Shown piece after piece: positions 36,135 to 47,098 of a stretch of DNA of 64,000 nucleotides. Position 1 is the first letter of the stretch, and each line of letters begins with the position of its first letter. The notes beneath the pieces were generated by a model. The model searched no databases. It saw nothing but the letters and a program-made list of their open reading frames with translations, and had not been told where the DNA came from. This DNA comes from Candidatus Omnitrophota bacterium (GTDB lineage: Bacteria; Omnitrophota; Gorgyraeia; B26-G9). Location: contig JAZDHZ010000033.1 in assembly GCA_043805415.1 (NCBI GenBank), positions 89,600 to 153,599 of the forward strand, given 5' to 3'. The position numbers and the translations under genes are program-made.

Positions 36135-37706
36135 ATGAGAGCTGATAAGCGAGATGCTTGCGGTGTGATATTATTGCTGTTAACACTTTCTTTTATCTTC
36201 AATGGTTGTGCTTCCCAGAAGGCATCTTTGGGGAAGAGTGTGCTTAAAACTGATTACAACAACCAAACAGTTATCAGATCGAAAAAATCAGCGGACAAAA
36301 GAAACTTGATCTCAAAAGCCTACGCACATTATTTGCGTGGGCTTTTATATGAGAAAGAGAATCAGTTGAAATTAGCAATAAAAGAATATGAGTCCGCGGC
36401 GAGTTTTGATAAAAAATCTTCGGTGATTTTTGTAAAACTGGGAACAGCTTACTTTAAACAAGGTGATTTTACCAGCGCGATTACTCAGTTTAAAAAAGTT
36501 TTAGACTATTCACCTGAGGATATCAGAGTAAGATTACTGTTGGGACTTATTTATACTTCTTTGGGGGATCTTAAAACAGCAGAAAAATTTTATGAAGACG
36601 CGATTAAGCTTGATCCTAAAAATAATCAGGCGAGTCTTAGTTTAGCTGATTTGTATGTTCTGGGACATAACTTTGACAAGGCAATAGTTGTTTATGAATC
36701 TCTTGCCCGGCAGGAAATTAATCTGCCCTATGTTTATTTCAATCTAGGGATGCTGTATAGCCAAATGGATAGATACGCTGAGGCTATTCCCTATTTAGAA
36801 AAAACAATTAGCATATCTCCTGATTATATCGAAGCGTATTTAGGCTTAGGACTTGTCTATGAATTGCAAAATGAAATTGAAAAATCGCAGCAGGCTTACG
36901 AACATGCGATTCAAATAGACCCGGCCAATGCTTTGGCTTATTTTAGGCTGGGGCAGATGTATGCGAATCGGAATAAACTCGAACAAGCACTTGAGAAATT
37001 TAAGCAGGTTTTAGTGCTTAACCCCCGAGTTGTTGATACATATTTTGAAATAGCGCATATTTATTTAAAACAAGATAAGACAGATCAAGCAATAGAAGTA
37101 TTGTCTAGTGCTGAATCATTGCTAAAAGATAAATCGCGTTTGTATCTTCTTTTAGGCTTAGCTTACAGCCTCAAAGAAGATTATATCCAAGCTGAGCAAT
37201 TCTATAAAAAAACTATTGAAATTAATCCTAATGATGAGCTTGTATATTTTTACCTGGGAGCTTTATATGAGAAACAGGGAAAACGAGAACTGGCGGAAAA
37301 ACAGTTTACAAAAACTTTGGCCATAAATCCCGATAATGCGGATGCTTGTAATTATTTAGGCTATATGTATGTAGAAGAGGGTAAGCAGCTGGATAAGGCT
37401 ATTGAACTAATAACTACAGCCTTAAAGCTTGAGCCTGAAAATGGGGCATATATTGATTCTCTGGGTTGGGCTTATTACAAAAAAGGGGAATTTATTAAGG
37501 CTCAAGAATTGCTTGAGAAGGCGGTTATCGCGTTAAGTTCTGATCCAGTAATTAATGACCATTTAGGGGACGCGTATTTTAAGAATGGCTTAAAAGACAA
37601 AGCTCAGGCTCAATGGGAAAAGTCGCTTAAACTTGATCCTAAGCAAAAAAAGGTTCAAGATAAGCTTGAATTACTAAAAAATAATGTAATTCCGGCTAAA
37701 TTATAA
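36135..37706 (+). CDS. tetratricopeptide-repeat (TPR) lipoprotein
   Basis: Lipobox IFNGCAS after a signal peptide. More than 10 TPR-like 34-aa repeats with the W-LG-Y-A-P signature. Confidence 0.7.
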   Translation: MRADKRDACGVILLLLTLSFIFNGCASQKASLGKSVLKTDYNNQTVIRSKKSADKRNLISKAYAHYLRGLLYEKENQLKLAIKEYESAASFDKKSSVIFVKLGTAYFKQGDFTSAITQFKKVLDYSPEDIRVRLLLGLIYTSLGDLKTAEKFYEDAIKLDPKNNQASLSLADLYVLGHNFDKAIVVYESLARQEINLPYVYFNLGMLYSQMDRYAEAIPYLEKTISISPDYIEAYLGLGLVYELQNEIEKSQQAYEHAIQIDPANALAYFRLGQMYANRNKLEQALEKFKQVLVLNPRVVDTYFEIAHIYLKQDKTDQAIEVLSSAESLLKDKSRLYLLLGLAYSLKEDYIQAEQFYKKTIEINPNDELVYFYLGALYEKQGKRELAEKQFTKTLAINPDNADACNYLGYMYVEEGKQLDKAIELITTALKLEPENGAYIDSLGWAYYKKGEFIKAQELLEKAVIALSSDPVINDHLGDAYFKNGLKDKAQAQWEKSLKLDPKQKKVQDKLELLKNNVIPAKL

Positions 37707-37716
37707 AGGGGGCAGC

Positions 37717-39342
37717 ATGAATAAAATTACTTTCCTAAGAAAAATTAAAATCTTCGTTGAAGATTATTGGGTAGCCATACTGATTGTTTTTGTCGCATTG
37801 ATTTTGATGGGTTTATCTGCTATCGGGATGTCGCAACTTGAATCATATGCTCGAATTTCCGCATTGGCAAATATGCCTTTAACTATTTTAGTTATGCTGG
37901 TCAGTGGCGCGGTTACGGCTTTTATTTATGTTTCGGTTATGTTCGGCTATATGGGCAAAATGAAGACCAAGAAAGTTGATCCGACAAAAGTTAATATCAA
38001 ATTTTCTGATGTTATTGGTATTGATCAAGCTGTTCAGGAAGCGCGTGAGGTAACTCAATTATTACTTGACCGCACAGCATTAAAAAATATGGGCGCGCAG
38101 TTTATAAAAGGGATTCTGATGGTCGGGCCTCCTGGATGCGGAAAAACTTATTTAGCCAAGGCGATAGCTACCGAAACCGGAGTGCCGTTTTTAAGTATGG
38201 CCGGCAGTGAATTCGTGGAGATGTTTGTGGGTGTTGGCGCAAGCCGGATTAGAAAAATGTTTCATAAGGCACGCCGCCTTGCTTATGCTAATGGCGGCTG
38301 TATAATTTTCATTGACGAAATTGACGCGGTTGGAAGAGTGCGTTCTTTTAGCATGGGCGGCGGACAGGAAACTAACAATACACTGAACCAGCTTTTAGTT
38401 GAGCTTGATGGTGTTACTGGCAGCGCGAACATTGTTATTATCGGGGCGACTAATGCTGCTGAAGGGCATTTGGATCCGGCTTTAATGCGTCCCGGAAGAT
38501 TTGATCGGAAAATTTATTTTAATCTGCCTGATTCAGATCAAAGAGAGGCAATTTTTCAATACTATCTTAAGAAAGTAAAATGCGCGCCGAATCTTGATAT
38601 TAAAAAACTTTCGAGACAAGCTGTGGGCAAGACTCCAGCGGATATTGAAAATATTGTCCGCGAAGGAGCCTTGGTTGCCGCCAGGAACAAAATGGATTGC
38701 ATTTCTCATAAGGAATTAAGTGAAGCAATGGAACGCATAGACCTTGGACTTAAGCATCGAATGAAAATGACGGACAAAGAGCGAACAATGACGGCCTATC
38801 ATGAAGCTGGACATCTGATTGCTACTTTTTTCTTGCATCCATATGATGATGTGTTTAAGGCTTCAATTATCCCGCGCAAAAGTTCTCTGGGAGTTGTGCA
38901 TCATCAGCCTCGAGAGGAATATGTCGGACTTAATTTAAATCACATTATGGCGCAGATAAAAGTTTCATTAGCTGGATATGCCGCGGAAAAAATTCAGTTT
39001 GGGATTACGACATTAGGAGTATCCAGTGATTTTAAACAAGCAATGTTATGCGCGCATCAAATGGTTTGGAAATACGGAATGGGTATTTCCGGTCATATTG
39101 GGGATTATGATGTAATTCCCCAGCAGCAATTATCGGAAGCGCTGAAGCAACGCTTGAATGAAGAAACTAATCAAATATTACAAAATTGTTTAAAAGAAGT
39201 ACAAAATCTTTTAAAAAAGGAAAAGGATATTTTAGATAGATTTGCTAATGAGCTATTAGAAAAAGAAGAATTAGAATATGATGAGATCGAAGCTATTTTT
39301 AAAGAGTTTGGCAAAACTGCTCCTGGAACAGAAAAGACTTAG
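37717..39342 (+). CDS. ftsH: FtsH-family ATP-dependent zinc metalloprotease (compact form without large periplasmic domain)
   Basis: AAA module GPPGCGKT, DEID, second region of homology. M41 HEAGH zinc motif. Two closely spaced N-terminal TM helices. Confidence 0.8.
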   Translation: MNKITFLRKIKIFVEDYWVAILIVFVALILMGLSAIGMSQLESYARISALANMPLTILVMLVSGAVTAFIYVSVMFGYMGKMKTKKVDPTKVNIKFSDVIGIDQAVQEAREVTQLLLDRTALKNMGAQFIKGILMVGPPGCGKTYLAKAIATETGVPFLSMAGSEFVEMFVGVGASRIRKMFHKARRLAYANGGCIIFIDEIDAVGRVRSFSMGGGQETNNTLNQLLVELDGVTGSANIVIIGATNAAEGHLDPALMRPGRFDRKIYFNLPDSDQREAIFQYYLKKVKCAPNLDIKKLSRQAVGKTPADIENIVREGALVAARNKMDCISHKELSEAMERIDLGLKHRMKMTDKERTMTAYHEAGHLIATFFLHPYDDVFKASIIPRKSSLGVVHHQPREEYVGLNLNHIMAQIKVSLAGYAAEKIQFGITTLGVSSDFKQAMLCAHQMVWKYGMGISGHIGDYDVIPQQQLSEALKQRLNEETNQILQNCLKEVQNLLKKEKDILDRFANELLEKEELEYDEIEAIFKEFGKTAPGTEKT

Positions 39343-40159
39343 TGTTTTAGTATTGGTTTTTTTGCTTATTATAAATGTTAATGGCTGTGCTCCTAGTTAT
39401 CCCAAGGAAAAACTAGCAGAGTCCTTAATTAAGATTTGTGAAAAAACATATAATATTAATGTTCAGGTGAAATTAATCGGCCGGAATATAGTTGTATTTA
39501 TCCCTTTAACTGAACTGTTTAATTCTAATCTTGATATTGCGCCTGAGGCTGTTAATAAAATTGAAAGTGTGATACTAAGTACATCACGGCTGCTTTTCAG
39601 CACAGACGCGAAAGTGGATTTTTATACGATTATTGCCGCGGATGTGCACGCAACAGCCGCGGAAGTAATCCTTGTGCGTTGCATGGATGATGTTTATAAG
39701 TTCATGCATGGGTGGATAAGCCGTGAAGAGTACAGGAAAAGAATATTGTGGCAAGTGAATTTTAATATAGAATTAATCAAAGATGCTCCTTTTAATTTTG
39801 ATATTGAGGAAATGACTATGCCGAATTTTTTGGCAGAACAAATTTCTCAGCGAATAAATCTTAAATTTAACTCTTCGATTGTTAACAAAGCTAAGGTTTC
39901 GGGCTCTTATTCTGAAGAAAAAGAACTTTTTTCCTTTTCCTTGCCGGTTAAGGATAACTCCAGGTTTAATAAAATATATGTACCGATAATTTTAAACATA
40001 GCCGAACAGGTTCTACTGCAATATAAATTTACTGGATTTAATCAGCTAGAAGTAAAAAATGAATTGTTAAGAAATTTTGTTGTTTTTGATAAGGCTGAAC
40101 TCGAGGGGTATCGGACTATTAATATTGACGAATTATTGACATTGCCATATTATGATTAG
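39278..40159 (+). CDS. hypothetical lipoprotein (signal peptide + lipobox VNGC); overlaps the 3' end of ftsH by about 65 nt in another frame
   Basis: MMRSKLFLKSLAKLLLEQKRLSVLVLVFLLIINVNGCAPS. No further recognisable domain. Confidence 0.45.
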   Translation: MMRSKLFLKSLAKLLLEQKRLSVLVLVFLLIINVNGCAPSYPKEKLAESLIKICEKTYNINVQVKLIGRNIVVFIPLTELFNSNLDIAPEAVNKIESVILSTSRLLFSTDAKVDFYTIIAADVHATAAEVILVRCMDDVYKFMHGWISREEYRKRILWQVNFNIELIKDAPFNFDIEEMTMPNFLAEQISQRINLKFNSSIVNKAKVSGSYSEEKELFSFSLPVKDNSRFNKIYVPIILNIAEQVLLQYKFTGFNQLEVKNELLRNFVVFDKAELEGYRTINIDELLTLPYYD

Positions 40160-40237
40160 CTGAAATAAATTATTTAGATAACGTTTCGAAGTTAATGTAG
40201 ACGCATTTATCCGAGAATATTAACAAGGAGTTAACAG

Positions 40238-41050
40238 GTGGAAATTAAGCAATTAGAGAAAAAAGCAAAACAAATGCGGCGGGAAGTAATTAAGATGCTG
40301 ACTAAAGCCGGCTCAGGACATCCTGGCGGATCATTATCATCAACTGATGTCATAACCTGCTTATTTTTTAAAGTATTAAACCATAATCCGCAAAATCCGA
40401 ATTGGCCGGACAGAGATAGATTCCATATGTCAAAGGGCCACTGCTGTCCGATCTGGTATGTGGCTTTGGCTGAGTGCGGATATTTTGATAAAGCCCATCT
40501 GAATAATTTACGGAGTTTTGGCGCTTTATTGCAAGGCCATCCGGATGTGAATGTACCGGGAGTTGATGTGGCCAGCGGTTCTTTAGGCCAGGGCTTGTCT
40601 GTGGCTCTGGGCATGTCTTTGGCTGCAAAAATAGATAAAAAAGATTATCGGGTATACTGTCTGATGGGCGATGGCGAAATCCAAGAAGGAAATATTTGGG
40701 AAGCGGCAATGGCAGCTGCGCATTTCAAGAGTGATAATATTTGCGCGATTCTTGATCATAATGGATTGCAAATTGATGGTTGTATAAAAGATGTAATGGG
40801 AATCGAGCCTATTGCCGATAAGTGGAAGGCTTTTGGCTGGAATGTTATAGATATTGATGGACATAATATGGAACAGATCCTTGATGCCTTTGCTCTAGCA
40901 AAACAAGTAAAAGGTAAGCCAAGTATTATAATTGCCCGGACAGTAAAAGGAAAAGATGTTTCTTTTATGGAAAACGTGGTTAATTTTCATGGAGTTGCCC
41001 CAACAAAAGAAGAAGAAGCAAGAGCCTTGAAGGAGTTATCTGATGAGTAA
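40238..41050 (+). CDS. tkt: transketolase, N-terminal (TPP pyrophosphate-binding) subunit of a split enzyme
   Basis: HPGGSLSSTDVITCLFF, GDGEIQEGNIWEA. 8-nt overlap with the C-terminal subunit gene. Confidence 0.85.
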   Translation: MEIKQLEKKAKQMRREVIKMLTKAGSGHPGGSLSSTDVITCLFFKVLNHNPQNPNWPDRDRFHMSKGHCCPIWYVALAECGYFDKAHLNNLRSFGALLQGHPDVNVPGVDVASGSLGQGLSVALGMSLAAKIDKKDYRVYCLMGDGEIQEGNIWEAAMAAAHFKSDNICAILDHNGLQIDGCIKDVMGIEPIADKWKAFGWNVIDIDGHNMEQILDAFALAKQVKGKPSIIIARTVKGKDVSFMENVVNFHGVAPTKEEEARALKELSDE

Positions 41051-41981
41051 TGAAATGATGTACCAGCGTGATGTTTATGGACGGACATTAGTTGAATTAG
41101 GAAAAGAAAATAAGGATATTGTTGTGCTTGATGCTGATTTATCCGGTTCAACGCGAACCGCGTTTTTTGCCTGTGAATTTCCGGAGCGGTTTTTTAATTT
41201 TGGAGTTGCCGAACAAAATATGATGGCTGCGGCAGCAGGATTAGCTAGTTGCGGTAAAACTGTTTTTGCTTCTACTTTTGCCATGTTTGCCACCGGCAGG
41301 GCTTGGGATCAAGTGCGGAACTCAATTTGTTATAGCAAGCTTAATGTAAAAATTGTCGCGACTCATGCCGGGATTACTGTTGGCCCAGATGGCGCGACTC
41401 ATCAAGCTTTAGAAGATATCGCGATAATGAGAGTTATTCCCAATATGACGGTTATTGTTCCTTGCGATGGGCCGCAGACAAAAGACGCGATAAAAGCTTC
41501 ATTAGCTATAAAAGGGCCTGTTTATATAAGGCTCGGCAGATCAAAGGTGCCTACGGTTGAGGGCAAGGGAGCCTTTAGATTAGGCAAAGCAGATGTTTTA
41601 ACCCAGGGTGAAGACGTCTCAATTTTTGCTTGTGGAATTATGACAAAGTTAGCGCTTGACGCTTGCCAGATACTGAAAAAAGAGGACATTAAAGCAACAG
41701 TAATCAATATGCATACAATTAAGCCGATTGATGAAGATATTGTCAGGCAAATGACAAAAAAAACAAAAGCAATGATAATTTGCGAAGAACATTCTATTAC
41801 CGGTGGGCTGGGTTGTGCTATTGAGGAAATCGTTGCCGAATGCGCTGCGGGTATTCCAGTCGCGCGCATCGGCGTAAAAAATAGGTTTGGCCAGTCAGGA
41901 AATGAAAAAGATCTGCTCAAGGAATATAATTTACAAGCAGAGGATATTGTAAATAAAGTTAAGAAAATGCTGAATAAATAA
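41043..41981 (+). CDS. tkt: transketolase, C-terminal (pyrimidine-binding + C-terminal domain) subunit
   Basis: FNFGVAEQNMMAAAAGLA, ATHAGITVGPDGATHQALEDIAIMR. Confidence 0.85.
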   Translation: MSNEMMYQRDVYGRTLVELGKENKDIVVLDADLSGSTRTAFFACEFPERFFNFGVAEQNMMAAAAGLASCGKTVFASTFAMFATGRAWDQVRNSICYSKLNVKIVATHAGITVGPDGATHQALEDIAIMRVIPNMTVIVPCDGPQTKDAIKASLAIKGPVYIRLGRSKVPTVEGKGAFRLGKADVLTQGEDVSIFACGIMTKLALDACQILKKEDIKATVINMHTIKPIDEDIVRQMTKKTKAMIICEEHSITGGLGCAIEEIVAECAAGIPVARIGVKNRFGQSGNEKDLLKEYNLQAEDIVNKVKKMLNK

Positions 41982-41983
41982 TA

Positions 41984-42826
41984 ATGATTATTAATACCCC
42001 GGCTAAAATAAATTTATTTCTTGAAGTTTTAGATAAGCGTAAAGACGGTTATCATAATATTGAAACTTTATTTTTAAAAATAAAGCTCTTTGATAAATTA
42101 GATCTGAAAATTATCAAAAAAGAGATTAAGATCAGCTGTGATCATCCGGATGTTCCAGAGGATGAAACAAACCTGGTTTATAAGGCAGCAAAGTTATTGC
42201 AGCAAAAAACAGGTACAGATAAAGGGGTATATATCAAAATAAAGAAAAATATCCCTGTTTTTGCCGGTTTAGGCGGAGGTTCGAGCGATGCCGCGGCTGC
42301 TTTGCTTGGACTTAATAAACTATGGAAATTAGGCCTTGAGCAAAAAGATTTATTGTCGATAGCTAGAAAAATTGGGGCTGATGTGCCGGTATTTATCACT
42401 AATTATAATGCGGCTATAGGCAAATCAAGGGGAGATAGGCTGACGCCCTTAAATCTAGAAACAAAATTTTGGGTATTGCTTGTGAAACCGAATATCGCGG
42501 TTTCAACAAAAGAGGTTTATTCCGGGCTATTACCAAACTTGACAAAGACGAGAAATGATGTTAAACTGCTAATTCGTGCATTAAGAAGTAACCGTATGGA
42601 ACTAATTGAAAAAGCATTATTTAACAGACTGGAAACAGTAGCTTTTAAACGATATAAACAGCTAAAAGAGATAAAAAAAAATATATCCGCCCGTGGCGTG
42701 AGGGCGGTTTTAATGTCTGGGAGTGGATCAGTAATCTTTGGTTTGACAAAAACTAGAGAGGAGGCGATAAGTCTCAAGAATGAGCTTCAGGGCGCTTATG
42801 ATGTAGTGGTGGTAAGAAGTCTATAA
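41984..42826 (+). CDS. ispE: 4-(cytidine 5'-diphospho)-2-C-methyl-D-erythritol kinase
   Basis: [26 protein letters not shown] kinase motif [16 protein letters not shown]. Confidence 0.85.
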   Translation: MIINTPAKINLFLEVLDKRKDGYHNIETLFLKIKLFDKLDLKIIKKEIKISCDHPDVPEDETNLVYKAAKLLQQKTGTDKGVYIKIKKNIPVFAGLGGGSSDAAAALLGLNKLWKLGLEQKDLLSIARKIGADVPVFITNYNAAIGKSRGDRLTPLNLETKFWVLLVKPNIAVSTKEVYSGLLPNLTKTRNDVKLLIRALRSNRMELIEKALFNRLETVAFKRYKQLKEIKKNISARGVRAVLMSGSGSVIFGLTKTREEAISLKNELQGAYDVVVVRSL

Positions 42827-42858
42827 CTGCGTGCATCTTGGAAAGGAGTGGTTCGAAG

Positions 42859-43314
42859 ATGGAAGTTACAGAAGTAAGAGTTTTTTTGCGTAATAAAGAC
42901 AGTAATAAGAAATTAAAAGCTTATGTTACCGTAACCTTTGATAATTGTTTTGTTGTCAGAGACGTAAAAGTAATCGAAGGCAGCAAGGGATTATTTGTTG
43001 CCATGCCATCAGCAAAAATGAAAACAACTTGCCCTACGTGCGGACATCGCAATGTAGTGCGCAGTAAGTATTGCAATCAGTGCAGCGCAAATATAGAGAA
43101 CCAGCAGATAAAGCCAGCAGCAACTCCAGAAGAAGCTCGCCAGACAGAGCATAAAGATATCGCGCATCCGATTACTCCAGAGTCTAGGGAGTATATACAG
43201 AAGAAAGTTTTAGAGGCTTATGATATTGAAGCCGCCAAAGATCCTGAACTAGAGGATTATGACTCTGCGCTGAGTCATAAATCTGAGGGGATAACAGAGA
43301 AAGAAATAGACTAA
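42859..43314 (+). CDS. spoVG: SpoVG-family protein with C-terminal zinc-ribbon extension; start refined after an AAGGAG RBS
   Basis: [14 protein letters not shown]...[34 protein letters not shown] is the SpoVG core. Followed by [18 protein letters not shown]. Confidence 0.8.
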   Translation: MEVTEVRVFLRNKDSNKKLKAYVTVTFDNCFVVRDVKVIEGSKGLFVAMPSAKMKTTCPTCGHRNVVRSKYCNQCSANIENQQIKPAATPEEARQTEHKDIAHPITPESREYIQKKVLEAYDIEAAKDPELEDYDSALSHKSEGITEKEID

Positions 43315-43326
43315 GTTAGCAAAAAT

Positions 43327-43401
43327 TGCCCGGTGGTGTAATTGGCAACACGAAAGAATTTGGATCTTTTGTTCATGGTTCGAGTCCATGCCGGGCAGCC
43401 A
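43327..43401 (+). tRNA. tRNA-Gln (anticodon UUG), CCA encoded
   Basis: Hand-folded cloverleaf: 7-bp acceptor stem (U1:A72), D arm gtgt/acac, anticodon stem aaaga/tcttt with loop aTTTGga, T arm catgg-TTCGAGT-ccatg, discriminator G, CCA. Confidence 0.8.
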
Positions 43402-43437
43402 TTTTATACAATAATAAATTTAACCCATTAGGTAATA

Positions 43438-44703
43438 ATGAAAAATATTAGTGCTGTGATATTAGCCGCTGGTGAAGGCACCAGAATGAATTCTAACATT
43501 CCCAAGATTTTGCACAAGATGGGAAACAAACCAATGCTTGGACATGTGATGGATAATGTGCAGGCAGCTGGGGTTGAAAACGTTTTTATTATTACCGGCT
43601 ATAAGTCAGAAATGGTTGAGAAATATGTTGGCCAAAAAGCTAAGTGTGTGCAGCAAAAAAAACTTTTGGGTACCGGTGATGCTGTTTGGCAGATAAATGA
43701 TGAAAAAGTGTTTAAGAATAAAGATGCGCGTTTGTTGATTATTTATGGAGATACCCCGCTGATTACTTGTTCAACCATAAAAAACTTACTGGAAAAACAT
43801 TATGAGGATAACGCGGTAGGAACACTGCTTACAGTTCGGACAAATAATCCCGTTGGTTATGGCCGAATAATTAGAAATGACGCGGGAAATCTTGCTAAGA
43901 TTGTAGAAGAAAATGATGCTAATGTTTATGAGCGCGCTATAGAAGAAATTAATGTGGGTGTTTATATTTTTAAGGCAGAAGAGCTTTTCGATGCTTTAAA
44001 AAAAGTTAAGCCGGATAATAATAAAAAAGAGTATTATCTTACTGATGTTGTAGCGGTAATGAATAAAGCTAAATTTAAAATAAATGCTGTAGAGACACTG
44101 GATCAAGCTGAAATACTGGGAGTCAATTCCCGGGAAAGTTTAGCCCAGGCTTATGAGATTTTTAGAAACAGAATAGTAAAAAAAATTGTGGCCGGCGGGG
44201 TGACGGTAATGGACCCTCAAACTACTTTTATCGACGAAGAGGTGCAAATCGGAAAAGATACGGTTATTTACCCCTTTACGATTATTGAAAGAGATGTTGT
44301 GATTGGAGAAAATTGCAGTTTAGGTCCTTTTTGCCGTATTCGCTCAGGATCAAAGGTTGCCCATGATGTAGCTATTGGTAATTTTGTTGAATTTAATCGA
44401 TCAACTATTGGGGAATTTTCAAAAATAAAACACCAAAGCTATATAGGTGATACAGAGATAGAAGATAAGGTTAATATTGGCGCAGGTACGATTGTTGCTA
44501 ACTATGACGGTAAAAATAAGAATAAAACAGTGATAAAATCCGGGGCTTTTATCGGCACAGGAACGATTCTTGTTGCTCCGGTAAAAATAGGTAAATTCGC
44601 TATGACCGGTGCTGGTGCGGTTGTTACGAGAAATAAAGATGTGCCTGATAATACTGTTGTAATTGGTGTCCCGGCACGTGAGTTAAAAAAAACGCAAAAA
44701 TAA
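43438..44703 (+). CDS. glmU: bifunctional UDP-N-acetylglucosamine pyrophosphorylase / glucosamine-1-phosphate N-acetyltransferase
   Basis: AVILAAGEGTRMNSNIPKILH nucleotidyltransferase N-terminus plus C-terminal left-handed beta-helix hexapeptide repeats. Confidence 0.9.
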   Translation: MKNISAVILAAGEGTRMNSNIPKILHKMGNKPMLGHVMDNVQAAGVENVFIITGYKSEMVEKYVGQKAKCVQQKKLLGTGDAVWQINDEKVFKNKDARLLIIYGDTPLITCSTIKNLLEKHYEDNAVGTLLTVRTNNPVGYGRIIRNDAGNLAKIVEENDANVYERAIEEINVGVYIFKAEELFDALKKVKPDNNKKEYYLTDVVAVMNKAKFKINAVETLDQAEILGVNSRESLAQAYEIFRNRIVKKIVAGGVTVMDPQTTFIDEEVQIGKDTVIYPFTIIERDVVIGENCSLGPFCRIRSGSKVAHDVAIGNFVEFNRSTIGEFSKIKHQSYIGDTEIEDKVNIGAGTIVANYDGKNKNKTVIKSGAFIGTGTILVAPVKIGKFAMTGAGAVVTRNKDVPDNTVVIGVPARELKKTQK

Positions 44704-44760
44704 ATCTAAAAATCTAAAAAAAAGATTGTTGTTTTTTAATGAATTGAAAGGTGAAGCAAT

Positions 44761-45699
44761 ATGCAAGAAAGATTAACGGTATTTACAGGCAATGCTAATC
44801 CGCAACTGGCAAAAGATATATGTAAACACTTGGGTATTGCTTTGGGAGCGGCTTTTGTTGGTAAATTCAGCGAAGGGGAAATAAAAGTCAGAGTTGATCA
44901 GAATGTAAGAGGTAAAGATGTTTTTGTGATTCAGCCTACTTGTCCTCCGACAAATGATAATCTTATGGAATTATTGATTCTTATTGATGCCTTGGCGCGT
45001 GCTTCTGCCGGAAGATTAACCGCGGTTATTCCTTATTACGGATATGCGCGGCAAGACAGAAAAGATCAACCGCGTGTTCCAATAACAGCTAAGCTGGTCG
45101 CTAATTTGATTGCTAATGCCGGCGCGGATAGAGTTTTAACTATGGATTTACATGCTGGGCAGATACAAGGGTTTTTTGACATCCCGGTAGATCATCTTTT
45201 TGCTGCTCCAGTGCTGATCGAGCATTTTAAGAAATTCATTGGAGAGGATGTTGTGATTGTTTCTCCTGATGTCGGCGGGGTGAAAATGGCCAGGGCTTTT
45301 GCTAAACGCCTGGGCGCCCCATTGGGAATTGTGGATAAACGCCGAATCGACGGTGAAAGCACGGAAGCGATGAATGTTTTAGGTGATGTTGATGGTAAAA
45401 TTGCCATTTTAATTGATGATATGTGCGCGACTGCCGGATCATTGACTGAGGCAGCAAACGCGCTTAAGCAAAAAGGGGCAAAGGCTGTATACGCGGGAGT
45501 TACGCATGGTGTTTTTTCAGGTCCGGCATTAGAAAGAATAGAAAAAAGCGGGTTAAAAGAAATTATTGTTACTGATTCAATTCCGCTGAATGATGATAAA
45601 AAACATCCAAAGGTGAAAGTGGTTAGTATCGCGAAATTGCTTGCGGAGGCAATTAAAAGAATTCATAATGAAGAGTCTGTCAGCTCTTTGTTTATCTAA
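44761..45699 (+). CDS. prs: ribose-phosphate pyrophosphokinase
   Basis: [18 protein letters not shown]-binding [18 protein letters not shown] and [18 protein letters not shown]. Confidence 0.9.
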   Translation: MQERLTVFTGNANPQLAKDICKHLGIALGAAFVGKFSEGEIKVRVDQNVRGKDVFVIQPTCPPTNDNLMELLILIDALARASAGRLTAVIPYYGYARQDRKDQPRVPITAKLVANLIANAGADRVLTMDLHAGQIQGFFDIPVDHLFAAPVLIEHFKKFIGEDVVIVSPDVGGVKMARAFAKRLGAPLGIVDKRRIDGESTEAMNVLGDVDGKIAILIDDMCATAGSLTEAANALKQKGAKAVYAGVTHGVFSGPALERIEKSGLKEIIVTDSIPLNDDKKHPKVKVVSIAKLLAEAIKRIHNEESVSSLFI

Positions 45700-45738
45700 T
45701 GAATACAAAAATGATGTTTATTAAAGGAGGCGTAACAA

Positions 45739-46404
45739 GTGGAAAAGGTATTACTGAACGCGAAAATTAGAACAGGTAGCGGCACCTCGGCTGCAAAAAA
45801 AGTAAGAGCCCTGGGGTTTGTTCCGGCAATAGTTTATGCTAAAAAAGAAAATCCTATTCAAGTGGGAGTGAACCACAAAGAATTAATAAAGCTTGTTCAT
45901 AAATATGGAGAAACTGCTATTATTAATTTAAAATTGGATAATAATGGAGCAATAACTGATTATCCAGTAATAATTAAAGAAATACAAATTGATCATATAA
46001 AAAATAATGTTTTACATGTTGATTTTAAATTAATCAATATGACTGAAAAAATTCGTGTACATGTACCTCTAGTGACAAAAGGCGATAGTGATGCTCCGGG
46101 AGTAAAAGAAGGCGGAATCCTAGAGCATGTATTACATGAAATTGAAATTGAAAGTTTGCCGATGAACTTGCCGAAACAGATAGTAGTGGATGTCTCGGGC
46201 TTAAAAGTGGGCGAGTCAATCCATGTTAGAGATTTGATTATGGATGAAGGCGTGCATGTTATCAGCAATCCTGACCAAGTAGCTGTTTTGGTTAAATATG
46301 AAGCAGTGGAAAAACCAGAGGAAGAAGCAGTCGTTGAGCCATCTAGCGGTGAACCTGAGGTTATTAAAAAAGGTAAAACTGACGAAGACGAAGCAAAGAA
46401 ATAA
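45739..46404 (+). CDS. rplY: 50S ribosomal protein bL25 / general stress protein Ctc form (GTG start after an AAAGGAGG RBS)
   Basis: RTGSGTSAAKKVRALGFVPAIVYAK plus an acidic C-terminal tail. Conserved prs-ctc-pth order. Confidence 0.8.
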   Translation: MEKVLLNAKIRTGSGTSAAKKVRALGFVPAIVYAKKENPIQVGVNHKELIKLVHKYGETAIINLKLDNNGAITDYPVIIKEIQIDHIKNNVLHVDFKLINMTEKIRVHVPLVTKGDSDAPGVKEGGILEHVLHEIEIESLPMNLPKQIVVDVSGLKVGESIHVRDLIMDEGVHVISNPDQVAVLVKYEAVEKPEEEAVVEPSSGEPEVIKKGKTDEDEAKK

Positions 46405-46501
46405 TTAGATTAATAATGGTTTTTTATATTTTTCAGTCCAATTATATCAGAATTCGATGAGTGGATTAGTCGTAAGGCAAAACTGAAGGCTGATAATTTA
46501 T

Positions 46502-47098
46502 ATGGCAATAAAACTTATAGTTGGGCTTGGCAATCCGGGTGCAAATTATAAAAACACAAAACATAATGCGGGGTTCTGGGTAGTAGAAGCAATAGCCAAA
46601 GAGCTTGATATTTCTTTGAATCAGCGCAAATTTAATTCGCAATGGGCACAGGGCAAGTATTGTAATAGCAGCTTTATCCTGGCAAAGCCTCTAACTTATA
46701 TGAATTTGAGTGGTAATGCCGTTAGAAGCTTTGTTGATTATTTCAAGATTTCCTTGACTGATATATTAATTATTTTTGATGATGCGCATCTAAAATTAGG
46801 AACAATCAGAATCCGCAAATCCGGGAGTGCCGGCGGGCACAATGGTTTGCGTTCGATTATAAAAGAGCTGGGTACTTCTGATATTGCCCGATTACGTTTT
46901 GGGGTCAGTTCTGGAGCACCGGGGATTGATTTATCAAATTATGTTTTGAGTGGTTTTAGTAATAAAGCCGATGAACAAATAGCAAAGGAAACCGTAGCCG
47001 AAGCTAAAAATGCCGGCTTAAGCTGGATGGAAAAAGATATAGATTTTGCAATGAATACATTCAATCCAAAAAGAAGGGAGAATTCAGACGATGAATAA
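46502..47098 (+). CDS. pth: peptidyl-tRNA hydrolase
   Basis: LIVGLGNPGANYKNTKHNAGF, GGHNGLRSI. Confidence 0.9.
   Translation: MAIKLIVGLGNPGANYKNTKHNAGFWVVEAIAKELDISLNQRKFNSQWAQGKYCNSSFILAKPLTYMNLSGNAVRSFVDYFKISLTDILIIFDDAHLKLGTIRIRKSGSAGGHNGLRSIIKELGTSDIARLRFGVSSGAPGIDLSNYVLSGFSNKADEQIAKETVAEAKNAGLSWMEKDIDFAMNTFNPKRRENSDDE

Noticed and set aside
40231-40864. Several 90-130-aa minus-strand ORFs inside the transketolase N-terminal gene
   Set aside because: The transketolase frame carries diagnostic TPP-binding motifs. The antisense frames are Pro/Ser-rich noise.
43327-43401. Possibility that the tRNA is an integration hotspot with an adjacent island
   Set aside because: Both flanks are conserved housekeeping genes in a Bacillus-like order (spoVG / glmU). 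There is no integrase or direct repeat of the tRNA 3' end.
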